A DNA stretch of 63,903 nt, filler included. It is 11 parts of 11 records of this genome, joined end to end, with 100 filler letters (N's around TTAATTAATTAA, not from the genome) between each part and the next. Parts side by side here need not be neighbours in the genome. Positions count along the whole stretch, not along the records: positions 53,589 to 58,425 come from SRR15195285_963; positions 58,526 to 63,903 come from SRR15195285_964; 9 more parts are not named here. One strand, written 5' to 3'. This document shows positions 57,901-63,903 of the stretch, piece by piece (the stretch's first letter is position 1; each line of letters opens with the position of its first letter). The translations under genes and the position numbers were made by a program. The notes under the pieces are model-generated. The model saw only the letters and a list, made by a program, of their open reading frames with translations, was not told the DNA's origin and made no database searches.

Positions 57901-58425
57901 GCCGGCGAAGATCTGTGGCTTGGCAAGCGTCAGACCCTCCGCAGGCAGGTAGTCACCAGTGCTCTGCCGAAATAGCCCGACTCCGAACGTGAGAGACTCG
58001 GGCAGCAGAGCCCAGGTCGTCATCGATCGGTGGTAGAAGGTGCCCCAACCCTGCTGCAGTTTAGTATACAGACTGCGGCGCGTCGCCTCACCGTCGCCCT
58101 GCCTTGGGAGCAGACTGGCCTCCGGGATCGGCAGCCACGGGCCCAGCTGCGTCGTGGCTCCTTCAAACTCGGCCATGTGGATGGAGAACGAGCGGTTGGT
58201 GCATCCCTGCTTTCTCATGCAGACGTATTCGAAACGCAGTTCGTATGACGTGAGAGGCGCCGCGCCTGCGTGTTGCACCGCCGCCCCTGTCGTCGCATTC
58301 AGTGCACGTGGCGGCAGCGGTATCCACAGCGGTGCGAATGCACCGGCGCGCCCTCTGGTGCGCCCAGCTGTGGTGCGTGGGAAGAGCAGGTGGTCGTGCA
58401 CCCAAAGCCGACAGTATGCCTCCTC
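54901..58425 (-). CDS. GH63/MGH1-like (alpha/alpha)6 glycoside hydrolase, multi-exon (5' partial)
   Basis: FCWD, DRSNPPV, LLEWNTW, ESGLDNS, PTNFYPLL, PSISKDD, YWHGRIWAPM, VFENY, YSWGGL. Confidence 0.8.
56875..56970. repeat. Intronic minisatellite with core CAAGCAGATT (5 copies, unit ~16 bp with variants)
   Basis: CAAGCAGATTCATATA twice, then degenerate copies, inside inferred intron 56857-56980. Confidence 0.9.
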
Positions 58426-58572
58426 NNNNNNNNNNNNNNNNNNNNNNNNNNNNNNNNNNNNNNNNNNNNTTAATTAATTAANNNNNNNNNNNNNNNNNNN
58501 NNNNNNNNNNNNNNNNNNNNNNNNNCGCCAAATCACGTTGGGCAGTATCGCTGTGTCCACCGGCCGCGAGAC

Positions 58573-59465
58573 GTGCGCGCGACTCGTCCGGACGCCGCGC
58601 GCGGTCTGGCTGCGTGCGTCGGGCCAGCGAGCAGCGAAATGGCAGCAGCGGTCACCGTGGGGAAACTGCTCGCCGCGGCCAAGCAGACAGTCAGCATCGC
58701 TGAAAGCAGCTCCGGCGGCGCCATCTCTGCTCGGCTGTTGGCCGTCCCGGGCGCCTCATCCTTCTTCGCTGGCGGAGTCGTGTGCTACTCCAGCCAGTCC
58801 AAATTCAAGCTCCTCGGATTAGATAGAACAGCTAGTGCGCCATCGGCGACGAAACAGCATGCGATTGAGCTTGCGGATGCGGCTCGCACAGTTCTGGGCA
58901 CCGAGTGGGGTATCGGAGAAACTGGAGTTGCTGGTGAGCAATGCGCGAAAAACTACCTGAACATCGTGACCGCCTTTTCGCGTTCGATACGCAGTGTGCG
59001 CTGCATCCATTTGCTGGCTCACTGCCACGCCACGGCTGCTGAATTGCCGCAGGTCCCACAAAGAACAGCCGAGGAATTCAGCCAGGGGTCACAGCTATCG
59101 CCGTCACGGGTCCCGCTGGTCTGAAAGCATCGAAGATCATCCTCCCGTCGAGCGAGCTATCCTCCGATCGCGATGCATACGGCGAGCCAGCGTGTGAGTC
59201 ACCACTTGTTGAGCAACCCAGCTTTCAGCGTGTTCCGATTGTGAACCGTCGTTCCGATTGTGAACCGTCGTTTCCTATCACAGATAGAACAAACCCGACT
59301 GGCCGAGCCGAGAACATGGAGCACTTTGCGACCACAGCCATCGAGCTACTCCTAGATACAGTTGCAGCCAAACTGGAGGAGAATGCGTCGATTGAAAACC
59401 CGCCGGGCACGAGACACGAGCCCTCTCAGCGCACTGCTAGTAGGCCAAAAGGAGACTTAGGCTAG
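58573..59465 (+). CDS. CinA C-terminal / PncC-like NMN deamidase, 3 exons (start uncertain)
   Basis: VSIAESSSGGAIS.RL..VPGASSFF.GGVVCYS...K..LLG and GETGVAGP (across intron ~58934-59052). Confidence 0.85.
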
Positions 59466-59635
59466 AGTATGCCAGTCACTCATTTTATAATGCAATCGTA
59501 CAACGACAACATCAGTCGGTTATATTTGCTACGTTCGATCCATTTGTCGAGTAGACCAAACCGAGTACACACGCACGCGAGTGGCATGCGACTTACGAGC
59601 ATCTTGATTCAGCTCGCATGGTGACCCCTTCAAAC

Positions 59636-62600
59636 TCAGCGCAGAATGAGCGCGTCCGCAATATTCAGGTCGATCGAAAAGCTCATATTGTTTTCTGAAA
59701 CATTGAGCCGCAAGTATCCAGGTCGGGAGACGTTGCATGGTGCGACATCGCACGAGGGAGGGATGACTCCACGGCAGGCGCTTCGAGCAGTAGCACCGCA
59801 GCTGGCAAGGCTGGCCGTCGTGTACGTGATCGCGGCTGGGTGCTGGGCAGCCCCAGGCAATGGGTTTAGCGTGATATTGACACGCGTATATCCGTTGCCG
59901 CTGCTGTTGCCTGTGGTCGCACTCCAATCGATCAAAGGCAGTGCAGTCCCGTTCCATATCCCGCCTGTAGCGGTCCGGCTGACGAAGCCAACCTCAACAA
60001 GAGGGTTGTCGCAGAGCACGGGTCGCGCATCTGCGGTTGCTGGAGCGTGCAGTGCCACCTCAGCAAGCAGCTTCGCATGTGTGTTGAAATCTGTTGGAAC
60101 GAAGTTGGTCAAGGACTTGATACTGGGGGTGCGGTCAACTGGACGTATCGGCATGGCCGGATGGAAATAACTCAGGCCGAGGTGAAAGCCAGCGTAGGTA
60201 ATGCCCCCACCGTGCGCGCCGAGGGAGATATTGACAACCGCTGGCGTGTCATCGCTGAACACTCCAAGCACATGGGCTTGGTCAGTTGGTTTCGGAGCGA
60301 AAGTGAAGATGCTCTTGTCGCCGAACACATCGAGCGAGTACGCGTCCAAATTAGGCTGCGCGAGCACGGTGACTTCGTCGAGCTTTTCAGCATACGCAAG
60401 ATCTTGCTTAGCGTAGAAAATCGTTGCGTTGCGACCAGAGTCAACAGTCCCTGTCCAAGTTCCACTTTGCGTTACCGGCAGGAGCGCCGCCATCGCAGCA
60501 TTTGTGAGGTTGTACTCGTTCAGTAGACCCGCGCCAGCAGTCATAAAGACCTGCCCACCCGCAGTTGCCCATGCACCAATCGCCGTGGCAGCTGCCTCGC
60601 TGATCTGTGCATCCACCACGTACAGTGCTCCGTAGTGATTTAGATACCCAGCAGTACAGTCATCCTCCGTAACAATGTCCGTAGGGAGCCCCATATGTTT
60701 GAGCATTGTATACAGCGTGCGTTTCGCAGAGCCCTGACTGGTTACTTCTGGGCTCATCCATGCATCAGCAGAGTCCGAGTACATGATCGCTACCTTCGCA
60801 CCTGCAGCCTGGGCGACACCGTCCCATACGATATCATCAAACATTCCTAGCTCGTTGAGGCTCTGACGAACCATCTCATATGATCCAAAATCTGGGTCCA
60901 CATAGTCGCATGTGTAGCCTGCAGGCAGAATACGAAAGTCAGGGCTCGGTGAAGTGCAGCTGTACTATTTGGTCACAATCTCAAACAAAAATATGGGATC
61001 CCCTACCAGAGATCGAGCTTTCGAAGTCGAATAGATCAAAAATTTTAACTCCATGTGCGATATCCTGGAAAAGTTGGCGCTTCCACATGATAGGGTTGTT
61101 GCCAGGCGAGTGTGCCATCACGTACATGAGCATCGGCGCAGAGCCACCATACGGGACGAGCTCCGGGACTTCGAACGGCTTCGCAACAGGCGTGAGCGGA
61201 ACGGTACCGTCGCCGTAGGGCAGAGCTTCGTCGAAGGCGCTGTAGGTGGTGACACCAGCGCGCAACGCGTCGACCATCAGGCCGGTGACCTGCTGCGAGG
61301 CCATAGGTGTTTGCCAAGCCCAGTCCTCGGACCAAGGCATGGTCATTCCACCCTTTCGGAAGAGCTCGATCCACTGGTAGACGATCCCGAGATCTGCAAA
61401 CGTCACCAGGCAGTCGCTGACCTAGCACGCAATGATAACAAGAGCAGAGCACTGTTGATCAAGAGTGTGGAGTGGAAGTGAGTGGCATTCGCACACGCAT
61501 GGCAGTACTGCTGCCCATCTGCTGGTCCGATCGCGTAGCCAGTCGGAGAGTAGTTGGCCCCTACAAGAGCCCGGGGTAGTATCGATCTTATCTTATCGGT
61601 AAGTGCTTTGTACCGCGCGATGCCAGTATCGTGGACGAAACGCAGCGAGTAATAGTAATGCCCATTGCTTGTGGCGTCACCTTTAGCAGATGCGATCGTT
61701 GTGTCAACCACCCCACCGCAGCCAGGTTTCCCCGCGTGACCCTGAGCGTTGCACCAGGCCTCAAATTTATCAGGTGCCGTGTTGTTCGGGTTGGGGTCTA
61801 CAACGCCAATTTCGTCACCGAGAGAAACCACAAGGATAGCATTAGTCGTCGAAGCGTTCACATAAACCTGCAAGCATTTCTCGATTGCATCAGGACTGCT
61901 GATGCAGCCGCGGATGTCAATGTACTGCTTGTCTGTTGTGCAGACAGTGCCTGTTGGAAGTGAATCAGAACATGCGGGCATCGAGTAGGTAGTGATTCCG
62001 AACATGTCCTGCATCGCAGCTTGGGCCTTCGTGTATTCCGCGCCACACTTGGGGCAAACCGGCGATTTGTTGCCACCCCCTGCAGGGGTAACTGCGTCCC
62101 AGAAACCAGCAACGATCGGCACGTGGGTAGGTACTGCTCCCTTCGTAAAAGGAGCGATCTGGTTGGGGGCTTCCGGCCCGATGTTCGTGGTCTGGTTGGT
62201 AAGGGCCTCATACAGCTCCCAGAAGTCGGAACCTTGAGTTCGGATGCGCTTCGTTTCTCGGGTAGACTCATCGAAAACCAACTGCAACCCGAAGGAATCA
62301 CCTGGCGCCTCGAACTCACCGATCTGTGTGACCACTGGCGCCGCGGCCGTGCCGCCTGACCTCACCCCAACATGCAGCACGTACGGGCCGAATGGTAAAT
62401 TCCAGGTGCCGTGATTGAAAGTGTCCATTTGTGCCCCAACATCAACCCACTCCGATGTCTGCATCGCTGGTGTAGAGATCACTGGACAGAGAGGTCCACC
62501 ACTTCGCCCGCAACCAGATGTCGGCGCAGTAGGTGAGCCTACGGGCATCGTCAGGTGCATGCCAAAGTATGGACTGTGAATGTACGTGTAGGGGACAGTC

Positions 62601-63547
62601 AAATTGAAGGTCTCGTCGCCCGTGTTCTCCACCTTGAAATAAACCTCACCCGCTTGGCTGAACAACCCGTCAAGCGGCAGAAAAGGTTGTTCGTGCGCGA
62701 GTCGCATAGTCACGTCTGTCGCGTTGGGCGTTAGCACGAACGCGTCGACGTTCCTGTCGCAGAAATGAACAGCTTGCATTCCGGCACCGTCGACGACTCC
62801 GGGAAGGGTGGTGTTGAGCGCCGTGAGTGTCATGACGTAGCTGCCAGCAGCGAGTGATGCTGCGGACCCAACTCCTTCCCAGACCACATTCTCCGTGGTC
62901 CCGTATGGCCACGAGCACTCCGCCTGTAGCTGTCCGCGCCCTGCAGGTTGACCGACGGCTGTCGGGCATCCTCCGAAGGCCTGAACTTTCAGGGATTCGC
63001 GGTGCCCGTACTCACGTGTGAAGACAGGGGTAGTTGGTGCCGATGTGGTGGCGATGTCCAGGCGAAAGGGCATGGTAAACCTGCAAGGCGCACTCAAGAT
63101 TTAGTCGGCACCTGTTGAGCAGGAGAGGAGGCGGCGGCGGCGGCGGCGGTGGTGGCGGCTGTGGCTGCGGCGGCTGCGCCGGCAAAAGCAGCAGCTGGCT
63201 ACGCTACCGGACCTGTAGCCTTGTTCGTAGCGAGCAAGGACGGTGTAGCTGCCCGCAGCAGGTACAGTTACTGCAGCTGTGGCGACGGTCTCGGTCGACG
63301 AGTTGGCGGGAGCGTGTAGATAGCCACGGCGAGAGTGAAACGTGTTGGCAACCGTGGAAGCGAAGAAGCCTCCGTCATCACCCCATTTCTTAGGGGACCA
63401 GGCTGACCCGACCGTCGGCGTGAAGCTTTCGGCCTCGACATGGACCATGCTTTGGGAGAAGTACGGCACCTCTTGTGAAACGTCCGTCCCAGGGACAGCC
63501 GCCGCAGTGATTCCTCCAGCCGCAACCAGAACCAAACGCAGCATCAT
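59636..63547 (-). CDS. Secreted glycoside hydrolase-like protein with a beta-galactosidase trimerisation (GAT-like) domain, multi-exon
   Basis: Signal peptide MMLRLVLVAAGGITAAA; EAESF; SLGDEI, GANYSP and MPWSEDW; C-terminal KVAIMYS...L...L.H....DIVTE...LY..D....AAA.AI..W...GG. Confidence 0.6.
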
Positions 63548-63903
63548 CGTCACGTTCCGCCCAGCACCCGCCGCCCGCCACCACTGCACCCGGCCGTGCA
63601 CCGCGCAGTGCGTGCCGCGGCCCGCCGCCGCCGCCGCGGCCGTCGCGCGTTGTGCGCCGACGCCGCGTGCGTACCGCGCGTACCCATTCACTACCGTCTG
63701 GCCTCAACCTCGAACCAATCCTGGGTACTGCAGCAGGTCACTAACTGGAAAGTCACGCCTAGCCCGGCCCGTTGTGGGTGACAGTGGCCCGTTTTACCGG
63801 CACCCAGGTCGTGGCAGCGGTCGTTTTGAACGTATGCGCCGTCTCGCTGAGGTTGTCGTAGATCTCAGTAGCGAAACGAGCAAAAGCATCAGGGCCGCGC
63901 CGG

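Noticed and set aside
11596-58525. Regularly recurring TTAATTAATTAA palindrome, and ORFs ending in ...XXXLIN
   Set aside because: These are artificial contig linkers, not biology.
28165-59465. Apparent NAD+/immunity island (ART receptor, ARM-TIR, WWE-USP, kinase-TIR, PncC)
   Set aside because: The genes are on different contigs joined by linkers, so adjacency means nothing. At most it reflects a genome rich in these families.

Overview
This window is not one locus. It is 11 unlinked contigs joined by artificial 100-bp linkers (N44-TTAATTAATTAA-N44): 1-11595, 11696-18198, 18299-22734, 22835-28064, 28165-36288, 36389-40567, 40668-45326, 45427-49605, 49706-53488, 53589-58425 and 58526-63903. 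The DNA is GC-rich, gene-dense and eukaryotic, with short GT-AG spliceosomal introns, and looks like a protist SAG or MAG; I cannot assign the lineage. About 17 genes are recognisable: a giant WSC/LamG protein, an MMPL transporter, an EF-hand/CNBD/SAM channel, MORN, GST, FSH1, ankyrin, a multi-TM receptor fused to an ADP-ribosyltransferase, ARM-TIR, a Gfo/Idh/MocA oxidoreductase, DH-UBA-USP(WWE), TM-ankyrin-kinase-TIR, a CLN3-like transporter, HAD, TrmO, GH63-like, CinA/PncC and a beta-galactosidase-like protein. The most notable observations are: (1) a gene built as putative DNA-binding domain + phage Peptidase_G2-type autocleaving chaperone + TM + uromodulin D8C domain, a candidate independent analogue of MYRF; (2) five introns sharing GTAC/CTGCTCC...GGAGCAG|GT ends, which look like an intron-generating transposon family; (3) a surface receptor with a cytosolic ART domain; (4) a clean ~540-bp inversion that splits an oxidoreductase gene; (5) an intron made from a copy of another intron-exon junction in the same gene; (6) circularly permuted WSC domains nested in LamG domains. 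All domain calls come from motif recognition by eye, not database searches, and all splice models are inferred.
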